A stretch of DNA of 64,000 bases, from NCBI GenBank assembly GCA_016207165.1, contig JACQQD010000008.1, forward strand, positions 14,602-78,601, given 5' to 3'. Source of the DNA: Candidatus Micrarchaeota archaeon (GTDB lineage Archaea > Micrarchaeota > Micrarchaeia > Norongarragalinales > Norongarragalinaceae). The notes beneath the pieces are model-generated. The model was not told where the DNA came from, made no database searches, and saw only the letters and a list, made by a program, of their open reading frames with translations. Below, one piece after another: positions 9,013 through 17,487 of the stretch (position 1 is the stretch's first letter; every line of letters begins with the position of its first letter). The position numbers and the translations under genes are program-made.

Positions 9013-9131
9013 TGGGCCTGGAGGGATTTGAACCCTCGGCCACCAGCTTTCCTAGCCAGCGCAGAGGGCGAAACCGTCCTTTGCGGTCGTATAAGACTGG
9101 CGCTCTAAAAACCAGGCTAAGCTACAGGCCC
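9013..9131 (-). tRNA. tRNA-Ile(UAU) with 41-nt intron at position 37/38 (intron 9049-9089)
   Basis: Acceptor GGGCCTG/CAGGCCC-A; D arm GCTT/GAGC; anticodon arm CCAGT-CT-TAT-A|A-GCTGG; T arm GAGGG-TTCAAAT-CCCTC; BHB-like central helix CTTA/TAGG with AAA bulge. Confidence 0.92.
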
Positions 9132-9234
9132 GATGCGTATTTTTTGTGGGGCGCTAGGTTTTTAGTTGGGTGGCTTGGCGGGTGTTGGGCTGCAGGCCGG
9201 GACGTATATTAATTGGGCCGGTTTGGTTTTTTCC

Positions 9235-9732
9235 ATGGAGTTTGAGCGGTTGCACGCCAAGGACTTTGTGACGTTGGCGTCGGGGGCGTTGGGGTTTTTG
9301 GCGGTTTTCTTCGCGGTCTCCAGCTACTTCGTGGCGGCGTTGTTTGTGGCGTTGGCGGCGGTTTTGGACGCGTTGGATGGGCGGCTCGCGCGTTGGGAGG
9401 GTAAAGCCAACGCGTTCGGCCGGGAATTGGATTCGTTGTCGGATGCGGTGGCGTTTGGCGTGGCGCCGGCGTTTGCCGCGTTTTACTTGCAGGTCTTTTC
9501 GCCGTGGGTGTGGGTGTACGCCGCGTCGGCCGTCGTTTTTTTGGCGGCGGTGCTGGTGAGGCTGGCGCGGTTTAATTTGTATGCCGAAAAAAAAGTTTAC
9601 TTTGGGTTGCCCAGTCCCGCGGCCGCGGTTTTGCTGTTGGTGTTGGCGCCGGTGTTCGGCGCGTACTCGCCGGTGGCGTTTTTGGTGTTGGCGTACTTGA
9701 TGTTGGCGGATTTCTCGTTCAGGAAGCGCTGA
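9235..9732 (+). CDS. pssA: CDP-alcohol phosphatidyltransferase (PssA/archaetidylserine synthase-like)
   Basis: DALDGRLAR...FGRELDSLSDAVAFGVAPA motif, RLARFN, YFGLPSP. Confidence 0.88.
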   Translation: MEFERLHAKDFVTLASGALGFLAVFFAVSSYFVAALFVALAAVLDALDGRLARWEGKANAFGRELDSLSDAVAFGVAPAFAAFYLQVFSPWVWVYAASAVVFLAAVLVRLARFNLYAEKKVYFGLPSPAAAVLLLVLAPVFGAYSPVAFLVLAYLMLADFSFRKR

Positions 9733-9808
9733 AAAAAAGGAGTGCGGCGACCAGCATGCTGATGAGCATGAACATGTCCGCGCCTTGGAATCCCGGGTAA
9801 TTCAACAT
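9719..9808 (-). CDS. 29-aa membrane microprotein MLNYPGFQGADMFMLISMLVAALLFFSAS
   Basis: Manual translation; paralog of 14890-14973 with synonymous differences in the shared NYPGFQ motif. Confidence 0.7.
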   Translation of the reverse strand: MLNYPGFQGADMFMLISMLVAALLFFSAS

Positions 9809-9838
9809 GATTTTTTTTGGTTTACTTCGAAGAGTTAG

Positions 9839-10570
9839 TTAAATGTTTTGGCTGAAGGATTCCAAAAGTCCGTTGACCCACTGCACGGAAATGCCGTGGC
9901 GGGCGGCGTAGGTGGCGGAGAGGCTTTTGGGAATCATGCCTCCGGAAATGATTTGGGTGTCAATGAGTTGCTGGACTTGGGTTTTGTTCACGGTTTGAAG
10001 CACGCGTTTTCGGGTGGCGTCGGTGTAGATGCCGGGGACGTCGGAGGCCATGACGAGTTTTTGGGCGTCCAGGGCCACGGCGATTTGCGCGGCGGCGTGG
10101 TCGGCGTTGACGTTGTAGGTTTGGCTTCCGTCGTATGCGAGGCACGGCAGGATGACGGGTCCTTTTTGCAGGAAGGCGTGGATGGCGGCGTGGTTGACGT
10201 TGGTGATGGTGCCGACGAATCCGTAGTCGTAGTCGGACTCCATTTTTTTGGCGGACAAAACGCCGTCCAAATACGTGTGTTGGATGCCTTGTTGTTCGAG
10301 GAAATCGCCTAAGCGGAATCCGACGCGTCGAACCGTGTTCTGGACGACGTCAAGCGTGGCCTCGTCCGTGACGCGGATGCCGTCGTGGGTCTTGGGTTTA
10401 ATGCCGAGGCGCAGGAGTTCGGCGTCGATTTGTTTTCCGGCGCCGTGCACGTAGACGACGCGCCTGTTTTTTTGGTGGACGCACGCGATTTGTTCGGCGG
10501 TTTTTGGCAACTGTTCGTTGGACAAGAGCTTGCCGCTGAGTTTGACTACGGTTACGTCAGGAAAGTGCAT
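9839..10570 (-). CDS. argB: Acetylglutamate kinase
   Basis: VVKLSG, VHGAGKQI, GIRVTD, YNVNADHAA, SGGMIPK. Confidence 0.93.
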   Translation of the reverse strand: MHFPDVTVVKLSGKLLSNEQLPKTAEQIACVHQKNRRVVYVHGAGKQIDAELLRLGIKPKTHDGIRVTDEATLDVVQNTVRRVGFRLGDFLEQQGIQHTYLDGVLSAKKMESDYDYGFVGTITNVNHAAIHAFLQKGPVILPCLAYDGSQTYNVNADHAAAQIAVALDAQKLVMASDVPGIYTDATRKRVLQTVNKTQVQQLIDTQIISGGMIPKSLSATYAARHGISVQWVNGLLESFSQNI

Positions 10571-11495
10571 GGTGAATCAATCCGGTTTGTTCGTTGATTC
10601 CGAAGCGGCGGTTCATGTTTTGGACGGCTTGGCTGGCGGCTCCTTTGCCGAGGTTGTCGATGCTGCAAATCACGACCAGGCAGCCGCGGTCAAGCGCGAA
10701 GCCACCGAGAACGGCGTGGTGGGTGTGTTGGGTGTCGCGGAGGTTGGGCGGCTCGTCCTGGATGCGGATGAGGGGTTGGTTTTGGTAAGCGGCTTGGTAG
10801 GCGTTCTGGACGTCGGATTTTGTGACGCGGGGTTGGAGGAAGGCGTGGATGGTGCACAGCATGCCTCGGTAGACCGGTAGCACGTGGGGCGTGAAGTGGA
10901 TGGGTGCGGAAAGGAATTGCTGGATTTCGGGTTCGTGGCGGTGGCCTGTGACGTGGTAGGGCCACGCGTTGTCGCGGATTTTTTCCTGGTAGTTTTGTTC
11001 CAGGGTTTTTTTGCCGGCGCCGCTGTACCCGCTTTTGCCGTCAATGACGGCTTTCTCCAATAGTCCGGCGTCGTCCAGGGGTTTTAGGGCCAAGAGGCTG
11101 GCGGTGGCATAGCATCCGGGGTTGGCGGTGATGCGGTTTTTGGTTTTTGGGAATAGTTCGGGTAGGCCGTAATCGGCTTTTTCGGGGTGGGTGTGGGTTT
11201 GCTGGTACGTGGCTTGGTATGTTTCTTGGTTTTGGAAGCGAAAATCGGGGCCCAAGTCAATGAGGGGTGAGTCAAGCATTTTGGCCCATTGCATGCCGGT
11301 GCTGGCAGGGCCGCATAAAAAGGCCAAGTCCAGTTTTTCGTCGTTGATGGTCTGTGGCGTCCAAACGGAATTTGCGTCTCCGGTGGAATGCATGACGGTG
11401 ACTTGGACGCCGGGGTGCTGGTGGAGGATGGACAATAGTTCTTGGGCGACGATGCCGGAGGTGCCGATGACGCCGACTTTTTTCACGGCTGGCAC
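10557..11495 (-). CDS. argC: N-acetyl-gamma-glutamyl-phosphate reductase
   Basis: YGLPEL, ANPGCYAT, SGYSGAG, HRHEPEI, DNLGKGAASQAVQNMN. Confidence 0.95.
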   Translation of the reverse strand: MPAVKKVGVIGTSGIVAQELLSILHQHPGVQVTVMHSTGDANSVWTPQTINDEKLDLAFLCGPASTGMQWAKMLDSPLIDLGPDFRFQNQETYQATYQQTHTHPEKADYGLPELFPKTKNRITANPGCYATASLLALKPLDDAGLLEKAVIDGKSGYSGAGKKTLEQNYQEKIRDNAWPYHVTGHRHEPEIQQFLSAPIHFTPHVLPVYRGMLCTIHAFLQPRVTKSDVQNAYQAAYQNQPLIRIQDEPPNLRDTQHTHHAVLGGFALDRGCLVVICSIDNLGKGAASQAVQNMNRRFGINEQTGLIHHALS

Positions 11496-12580
11496 TCTCC
11501 GAGTATTTGGACGGCGTCGTCCAAGGTTTTTCCTTCGATGGTCAACGGTGGAAGCAAGCGCAGGGTTTCGTTGTGGCAGACGCTGACGAGGACGCCGCGG
11601 GCTTGGGCGTTTTGCTGGATTTTTTTGGCGTGGGGGTGGTCGGCGCCGAGCATGAGCCCCATGCCGCGCGGCTTCAGTCCGATGGATTCTAGTTTTTGTG
11701 TCAGGTTTTTGTGGGTTGCTTTTGTTCGGGCGTGCAGGTGCTGGTTTTTCATGACGTCGATGACGGCCAACGCCGCCGCACAGCTGACCGCGTTGCCGCC
11801 GAAGGTGGACCCGTGCGCGCCGGGGGAGAAGTCCAGGTCTTCGCGGTACAGGACGGCTCCAAGAGGCAGGCCGTTGGCCAGGGGTTTGGCGGTGGCCACG
11901 ACGTCGGGGGCGATGCCGAAATGCTGGAAGGCAAACCAGTTTCCGGTGCGGTACGCGGTTTGCACTTCATCGAGGACCAACAGCGCGTCGTTTTTTTCGC
12001 AGATTTCCGCGGCGTGTTTGAGGTAATCGCTGTCGGGAAGGTGGATGCCGCCTTCGCCTTGGATGGGTTCTACCACGAAGGCGGCGGTGTCTTTGGTGAC
12101 GGCGTCTTGCAGGGCGTCCGCGTCGTTGAAAGGCACGTGCGTGACGTGGGGTAAAAGCGGCTCGAATCCTTGGCGGTAGGTGGAGTGCGTCAGGGATAAG
12201 GCGCCCAGGGTTCGGCCGTGAAAGCCTTTGTGGCAGGCCACGAGGTGTTTTGATTTTTTGCGGGAGAGCTTGATGGCGGTTTCCATGCTTTCGGTGCCGG
12301 AGTTGGTTAGAAAACAGCATGACGTGCCGGATAGTTCTGTTAGGGTTTCGGCGAGTTTCAGTTGCGTGTCTTGGATGTGGACGTTGGAGGCGTTGACCAT
12401 TTGGGTGCATTGGCGTTGGATGGCTTTCGCTACGTGGGGGTTGGCGTGTCCCACGATGGCGGTTCCAATGCCTCCCGTCAAGTCGGTGAAGCGTTGGCCG
12501 TTTTCGTCCCAGAGGGTGGCGTTTTGTGCTTTGGTCATCGTCAGGCCGGTGCGGTTAAACGCGTTGGACAGAAAGCGCAT
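11483..12580 (-). CDS. argD: Acetylornithine aminotransferase
   Basis: FHGRTLG, EPIQGEGG, DEVQT, AKPLANG (PLP lysine), HGSTFGGN. Confidence 0.93.
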   Translation of the reverse strand: MRFLSNAFNRTGLTMTKAQNATLWDENGQRFTDLTGGIGTAIVGHANPHVAKAIQRQCTQMVNASNVHIQDTQLKLAETLTELSGTSCCFLTNSGTESMETAIKLSRKKSKHLVACHKGFHGRTLGALSLTHSTYRQGFEPLLPHVTHVPFNDADALQDAVTKDTAAFVVEPIQGEGGIHLPDSDYLKHAAEICEKNDALLVLDEVQTAYRTGNWFAFQHFGIAPDVVATAKPLANGLPLGAVLYREDLDFSPGAHGSTFGGNAVSCAAALAVIDVMKNQHLHARTKATHKNLTQKLESIGLKPRGMGLMLGADHPHAKKIQQNAQARGVLVSVCHNETLRLLPPLTIEGKTLDDAVQILGECQP

Positions 12581-12586
12581 GGAGCC

Positions 12587-13720
12587 TCACGTCGTGTAGG
12601 CGGTGTTGAATGCGACGTATTTGGTGGTCAGGTCGCAGCCGTAGAAGGTGGCGGTGGTGGCGCCCATGTCTAAGTCCACGTTGATGCGGACGGGGTTGGT
12701 CGGCGCGTTCCAGGCAAACGGTTGGATGGCGTGGTTGTGAAAGACCAGGGCGTCGTTGACGTGGATTTTGACGGTTTGGGGGTTAAAGTCGGTGTTCGCG
12801 GCGCCCAGGGCGGCCACCAGGCGGCCGACGTTGGGTTCGGTTCCGCAAAACGCGGTTTGAACCAGGGCGTTGTGGAGGATGGCTTTCGCCACGGCCTGGG
12901 CTTGTTGCATGTGGCAGGCGTTTTTGATGGTCAGTTCAAAGGTTTGTTGCGTTCCTTCTCCGTCGGCGACAATGGATTTCGCCAACTTCAGGCAGACTTT
13001 CTTGAGGACGTGCTGGAACGCGGTTGGGTCCACGGGTCCGGCCAGGCCGTTGGCCAACAGCATGACGGTGTCGTTGGTGCTTTGGCAGCCGTCTACGCTG
13101 ATGCGGTTGAAAGTTTCGTTGACCGCGGTTTTCAGGTGCTCGTGTGCGTCGGTGGCAGCGATTTTCGCGTCAGTGAAAACAAAGCAGAGCATGGTGGCCA
13201 TGGCGGGGTTGATCATGCCTGCGCCTTTGGCCACCGCCACGATGCGCGCCGGTCCGACGCGCGCCGAGGCGTACTTGAGGGTTTGGTCCGTGGTTTGAAT
13301 GGCGGTCGTGGCGTTGAGCCAAGCGGAAGCGGTGTTGTTCAGGCAGATGCGTTCCAACCCGGATTCAATGGCGGAGACGTCCAGGGGTTTGCCGATGATG
13401 CCGGTGCTGGCCAGGGCGACGTGGCGGGGGTTGACGTGGAATTGTTTGGCGGCGTGTTGCGCGATGCGGTGGCAGTCCGCCATTCCTTGGGAGCCGTTGG
13501 CCGCGTTGGCGTTGCCGGAGTTCACGACGACCAGTTGCGCGGTGCCTTGCAGGCGCTGGTTGTATTGGTTGGGGGGCGCGGCGAAGCGGTTGGCGGTGTT
13601 CACGCAGGCAAACGACGCGGGGGTGGTGCTGTAAAAGACGGCGAGGTCTCTGGATTTTTTTCGGAGTCCTACGTGTTCGCCGCCGCACAGGATGCCTTGG
13701 ATGGGTTGGTCTTCAAACAT
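12587..13720 (-). CDS. argJ: Ornithine acetyltransferase
   Basis: NSGNANA, STGIIG, KGAGMINPAMATML autocleavage motif, VDGCQSTND, DGEG. Confidence 0.95.
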   Translation of the reverse strand: MFEDQPIQGILCGGEHVGLRKKSRDLAVFYSTTPASFACVNTANRFAAPPNQYNQRLQGTAQLVVVNSGNANAANGSQGMADCHRIAQHAAKQFHVNPRHVALASTGIIGKPLDVSAIESGLERICLNNTASAWLNATTAIQTTDQTLKYASARVGPARIVAVAKGAGMINPAMATMLCFVFTDAKIAATDAHEHLKTAVNETFNRISVDGCQSTNDTVMLLANGLAGPVDPTAFQHVLKKVCLKLAKSIVADGEGTQQTFELTIKNACHMQQAQAVAKAILHNALVQTAFCGTEPNVGRLVAALGAANTDFNPQTVKIHVNDALVFHNHAIQPFAWNAPTNPVRINVDLDMGATTATFYGCDLTTKYVAFNTAYTT

Positions 13721-14882
13721 GGCTTTCTCCTTTTTCTTGGTGGTAGGCGTGGCGGAAGGGTGTGCCGGTTTTGACGCGTTCAAGGGACCGGTTGACGCTG
13801 TGGAGTTCGTCGGTCATGGCGGCTTTCAGTTTTTTGGGGTCAAACGCCATGTCGTGCACCCAGAGCGCCGTCATTTCGAGGCATGCGTCCATGGTGGCAA
13901 ACGCCTCCAACAGGGTGGCCTTGGTTTCCTGGAAGTCGCGGTGGTAGCCCGACGGCAGGTTTTGTGTGGTGGCGGCGACGTGGGCGTACGCGGCGGAAAG
14001 CGCGGCGGTCCTGGCGCGCACCAGTTCCATGACGTCCGGGTTTTTCTTGTGGGGCATCAGCGAACTGCCGGTGCAAAGCTGGGAGGGTTTTTGAAGGAAC
14101 CCGTATTCGGTGGTGGAGTAAAGGAGGATGTCGCAGGAAAGCTTGTTGAGCGTCAAGGCGACTTGGTGGAGTGCGGAGAGGGTAAACAACTCGATTTTGC
14201 CGCGGCTGTTCTGGCAGTACAGCGTGTTGTTTTGGACTTTGGTAAATCCCAGTTCTTGGGCTTCTTTTTGGCGGTTTAGGTCTAGGCTGGATCCGAATCC
14301 GGCGGCGGAGCCCAGCGGGCTTTGGTCGTTGAGCGTCAAGGCGGCTTGCAGAACTAAGACGTCGTCTTCTAGGCTTTCGTGGAAGGACTCCAGCCACCTC
14401 GCTGTGGAGTAGGCCATGGCTTTTTGCATGTGCGTGTAGCCGGGCATGGGGTAGTCGGTCTTGGTTTTGGCCAAAATCGTGGCTTGGAGTTGGCGGATTT
14501 GATCTTGGACTTGCTGGAGCTGGTCTTTGGCGTACAAGCGAAGCATGGTCAGCGCCTGGTCGTTGCGGGAACGGCCGGCCTGGATGCGACGGCCTGTGTC
14601 GCCGAGTTTCTCGGTGAGGAATTCCTCAATGGCGGTGTGGCTGTCCTCTTGTTTTTGGGTGATGGAAAAGGTTCCGTTCTGCACGCGTGCGGAAAGTTCG
14701 TCCAGTGCGTTTTGGACTTGAGCGTTTTCATCCGCCGTCAGAACGCCGACGTCTTTGAGCGCGTGGGCGTGCGCACGGGTGCCGGCAATGTCGTAGGGAA
14801 GCAGCGGCTGGTCCAAGAGGTGGCCGTGGCCCACGGTGAACGCCATGACTTTTTCCGATACGGGTTGGTTCGTCCAAAGCAT
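13713..14882 (-). CDS. argH: Argininosuccinate lyase (short C-terminus)
   Basis: GRSRNDQ, MPGYTHMQ, SPLGSAAG, TGSSLMPHKKNPDVMEL, GYHRDFQ. Confidence 0.95.
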   Translation of the reverse strand: MLWTNQPVSEKVMAFTVGHGHLLDQPLLPYDIAGTRAHAHALKDVGVLTADENAQVQNALDELSARVQNGTFSITQKQEDSHTAIEEFLTEKLGDTGRRIQAGRSRNDQALTMLRLYAKDQLQQVQDQIRQLQATILAKTKTDYPMPGYTHMQKAMAYSTARWLESFHESLEDDVLVLQAALTLNDQSPLGSAAGFGSSLDLNRQKEAQELGFTKVQNNTLYCQNSRGKIELFTLSALHQVALTLNKLSCDILLYSTTEYGFLQKPSQLCTGSSLMPHKKNPDVMELVRARTAALSAAYAHVAATTQNLPSGYHRDFQETKATLLEAFATMDACLEMTALWVHDMAFDPKKLKAAMTDELHSVNRSLERVKTGTPFRHAYHQEKGESHV

Positions 14883-14889
14883 GGGGAGG

Positions 14890-14973
14890 TTAACCCACCA
14901 AAAGCGCGATGGCGGCGGCAAAGGCGAACATCATGAATACGTCGACGGTTTGAAATCCGGGGTAGTTCCACAT
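14890..14973 (-). CDS. 27-aa membrane microprotein MWNYPGFQTVDVFMMFAFAAAIALLVG
   Basis: GGTGAG Shine-Dalgarno-like sequence just before ATG; overlaps the argG 3' end; paralog of 9719-9808. Confidence 0.72.
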   Translation of the reverse strand: MWNYPGFQTVDVFMMFAFAAAIALLVG

Positions 14974-16193
14974 GGTCTCACCTGGTTGGCGGTGACGGTC
15001 TGCAAGGCGTAAATCTTGCAGAAGCCCTCGCTGTGTTTCTGGTTGAAAGTGCTTTGCTGGGTGTACGTGGCCAAGGCGTGTTGGTGCAGGGAGTTCTCGG
15101 AGTGGCGCGCGATGACTTGCGCGTGGCCCTTGTATAGTTTGACGTCCACCCATCCTGAAACCGGCGTTTGCGCATCGGCGAGGTACGTTTTCAGGGAGGC
15201 CATCAAAGGCGAGAACCACTTGCCTTGGAACGTCATTTCTCCGAACGCCGCGTCGGCGTGGCGCTTGAAATCCAATTCGTCTTTGGTCAGCACCATTTTC
15301 TCCAAGTCAAAGTGCGCCTTGAGGATCACGGCGGCCGCAGGGCATTCGTAGACTTCGCGGCTTTTGAATCCCACGACGCGGTCCTCCACGTGGTCAAAGA
15401 CGCCGATGCCGTGAAGGCCAGCCAATTCGTTGAGGTGCTGGATCACGGAAAGCGTGCCGGAAACGGTTTGGGTGGCCGTCTCCAGTTCAACGGGCGTGCC
15501 GTGCTCGAAATGAAGTTTGACGGTTTCCGCTTGGTCGGGGGCCGCTTCGGCGGGGTTGACCCATTCAAAGGCATCCTGTGGCGGTGCGACGGCCGGGTTT
15601 TCCAGGGGCCCGCACTCGATGCTGCGGCCCCACAAGTTGGCGTCCACGCTGTACGTGCTTTGCTTGGATACGGCAATTCCGCGTTGGTGGGCGTATTTTT
15701 CCTCCACGTCGCGGGAAAGCTGCAAGTCGCGGATGGGCGCCAGTACCTGGAGGCTTGCGTCCAAGGAATTCACGGCCAACTCAAAGCGCAGTTGGTCGTT
15801 GCCTTTTCCCGTGGAACCGTGAGCCACCGCGTCCGCGCCCACCGCGTGCGCCACGTCCACCAGGTGCTTGGCGACCAGGGGGCGGGCCAACGCGGTGGAG
15901 TTGGGGTAATGGTTTTGGTAGGTGCCGTTGGCCCAGATGCTGTACGTGACGAATTCGTCGGCGAATTCCTGTTTGACGTCGTGCACCACGGCGTTTGTGG
16001 CCCCCAGTGCCAGCGCTTTTTGTTTGGCGGCGTCCAAGTGCTGGTCGTTGTACTCGCGGGCGCCCAAGTCGGCGGTAAACGTGCATACTTCCATGCCTTT
16101 TTCCAGGAACAATTTCAGCAGACAGCTCGTGTCCAAGCCTCCCGAGTAGGCCAAAACGACTTGGTCGGCGTCGTAGTCGGGAAGTTCAATCAT
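14931..16193 (-). CDS. argG: Argininosuccinate synthase
   Basis: VLAYSGGLDTS, HGSTGKGNDQLRFE, YSVDANLWGRSIE, KSREVYE; start could be 16217. Confidence 0.97.
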   Translation of the reverse strand: MIELPDYDADQVVLAYSGGLDTSCLLKLFLEKGMEVCTFTADLGAREYNDQHLDAAKQKALALGATNAVVHDVKQEFADEFVTYSIWANGTYQNHYPNSTALARPLVAKHLVDVAHAVGADAVAHGSTGKGNDQLRFELAVNSLDASLQVLAPIRDLQLSRDVEEKYAHQRGIAVSKQSTYSVDANLWGRSIECGPLENPAVAPPQDAFEWVNPAEAAPDQAETVKLHFEHGTPVELETATQTVSGTLSVIQHLNELAGLHGIGVFDHVEDRVVGFKSREVYECPAAAVILKAHFDLEKMVLTKDELDFKRHADAAFGEMTFQGKWFSPLMASLKTYLADAQTPVSGWVDVKLYKGHAQVIARHSENSLHQHALATYTQQSTFNQKHSEGFCKIYALQTVTANQVRPCGTTPDFKPSTYS

Positions 16194-16231
16194 AGGCGTT
16201 TCGCATCGCGTTTTCATTTAAAAACCGTTTC

Positions 16232-16276
16232 GGACAAAAAGAAACAATTTTAAACACTTTTCGTCCAATTCTGGAC
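16232..16276. promoter_or_regulatory. Divergent argG/ACT-gene promoter region with inverted repeats
   Basis: GGACAAAAAG (16232-16241) and CTTTTCGTCC (16257-16266) form a 9/10 inverted pair around TATA-like TTTTAAA; also GTCCA-ATTC-TGGAC. Confidence 0.45.
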
Positions 16277-16277
16277 T

Positions 16278-16901
16278 ATGGCATCCAGTGTGTCCAAGCG
16301 CGTCGAATCGGCGTTGGAGGAGAAACCGTTTCTGTTGGAAGCGCTCTCGCAGGGCTACGCGAACCTGTCGGCGGTGGCCCGCGTCTTGCAGAAGCAGGTG
16401 GGCGGGTCCGAGGAGGCCGTGCGCGCGGCCGTCAAGCGCTTTTCCGCGTCGCGGCTTCGGCAGCGCCGCGCGGACGAAAAGAAAGTGTTGGAGGTGCTCT
16501 CGCACAGCCGGCTGTCGCTGTCGACGAAGGTCAACGTCCTGGTCGTGGAGCGGACGCCGGAGACGGAGGCCAAGGCCGCGTCGTTTTCCGAGAAGACCCG
16601 GGCGCTGGTCAAGGAAGAAAGCGGCATGACGCTGGTGGTGGATGCGGCGTACTTTCGGGAAAGCCAGAAGCTTTTTTCGCGGTCGGAGATTTTGACGGTC
16701 AACGAGGATTTGGTGGTTTTGACGTTGATTTCTTCGCCGGTGGTTGAAGCGGTGCCCGGCGTGGTCGCCTTTCTGACGGCGCAGATGGCGCGGCACAACA
16801 TCAATTTGAAGGAATTTTGGTCGTCGTACACCGACACGTTGTTTTTCGTGGAGAAAAAAGACGCGTCCAAGGCGTACGAGGTGCTTTCGGCTTTACTGTA
16901 G
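16278..16901 (+). CDS. ACT-domain protein, putative amino-acid-responsive regulator
   Basis: N-terminal PFLLEALSQGYANLSAVAR helical domain plus C-terminal ACT-like PGVVAFLTAQMARHNINLKEFWSSYTD. Confidence 0.8.
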   Translation: MASSVSKRVESALEEKPFLLEALSQGYANLSAVARVLQKQVGGSEEAVRAAVKRFSASRLRQRRADEKKVLEVLSHSRLSLSTKVNVLVVERTPETEAKAASFSEKTRALVKEESGMTLVVDAAYFRESQKLFSRSEILTVNEDLVVLTLISSPVVEAVPGVVAFLTAQMARHNINLKEFWSSYTDTLFFVEKKDASKAYEVLSALL

Positions 16902-17432
16902 TTCGGTTCGCTCCAAGGCGGTATAGGCGGGCCCTGTGGCCTGGAGGCGGCTTTCGTAAAGCGTGACGAAGCGGACCGCAAATTCTGGGAACGTGGTTTC
17001 CGCGTTTTGGGCCAGCCACGCCTGGAGCCTTTCCTTGTTCTGTGCGCTTTTGACGCGCGCCAGAGTCACGTGCGGGTGGAAGGGCTGGTCGTTGCGGTAA
17101 CCCAGGGCGTCGGCGAGTCGTTGTTGCAGGGCGATGACGTCTTTTTTTCCTTTGTCAAATCCGGTCCAGACCACGCGGATGTGGTCGGGTTTGGGAAATG
17201 CGCCCAAGCCAAAAAGCCGTGCGTCGAAGGCTTTATGATGGACGGCGTGGAGGAGTTCGGCTTTTTCGCGGACCTCGTTGGGGTCAAGTTCGCCGAAGAA
17301 CGCGAGGGTGGCGTGCAACTGCTTCTTGGCGGGGTAGGTGGCGGAAACCCTGGTTTGCCGGATTTCCGACTGCACGTCGGCGAGTCGTTGACGGAGGGCG
17401 TCATCGATTTCCAGCGCCAGGAAACAACGCAT
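16893..17432 (-). CDS. thpR: RNA 2',3'-cyclic phosphodiesterase (2H family)
   Basis: MRCFLAL start, HATLAFFG and FHPHVTLAR HxT motifs. Confidence 0.93.
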   Translation of the reverse strand: MRCFLALEIDDALRQRLADVQSEIRQTRVSATYPAKKQLHATLAFFGELDPNEVREKAELLHAVHHKAFDARLFGLGAFPKPDHIRVVWTGFDKGKKDVIALQQRLADALGYRNDQPFHPHVTLARVKSAQNKERLQAWLAQNAETTFPEFAVRFVTLYESRLQATGPAYTALERTELQ

Positions 17433-17487
17433 GCACTGGGGCTTTGGAGGCGGGTGTTTTTTAACTGGTTCGCCCACTTTTCCTCGT

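Noticed and set aside
8916-9029. Prophage or genomic island attL/attR at the tRNAs
   Set aside because: The repeats are under 100 bp apart and no integrase or viral gene is present; kept only as mini-element findings.
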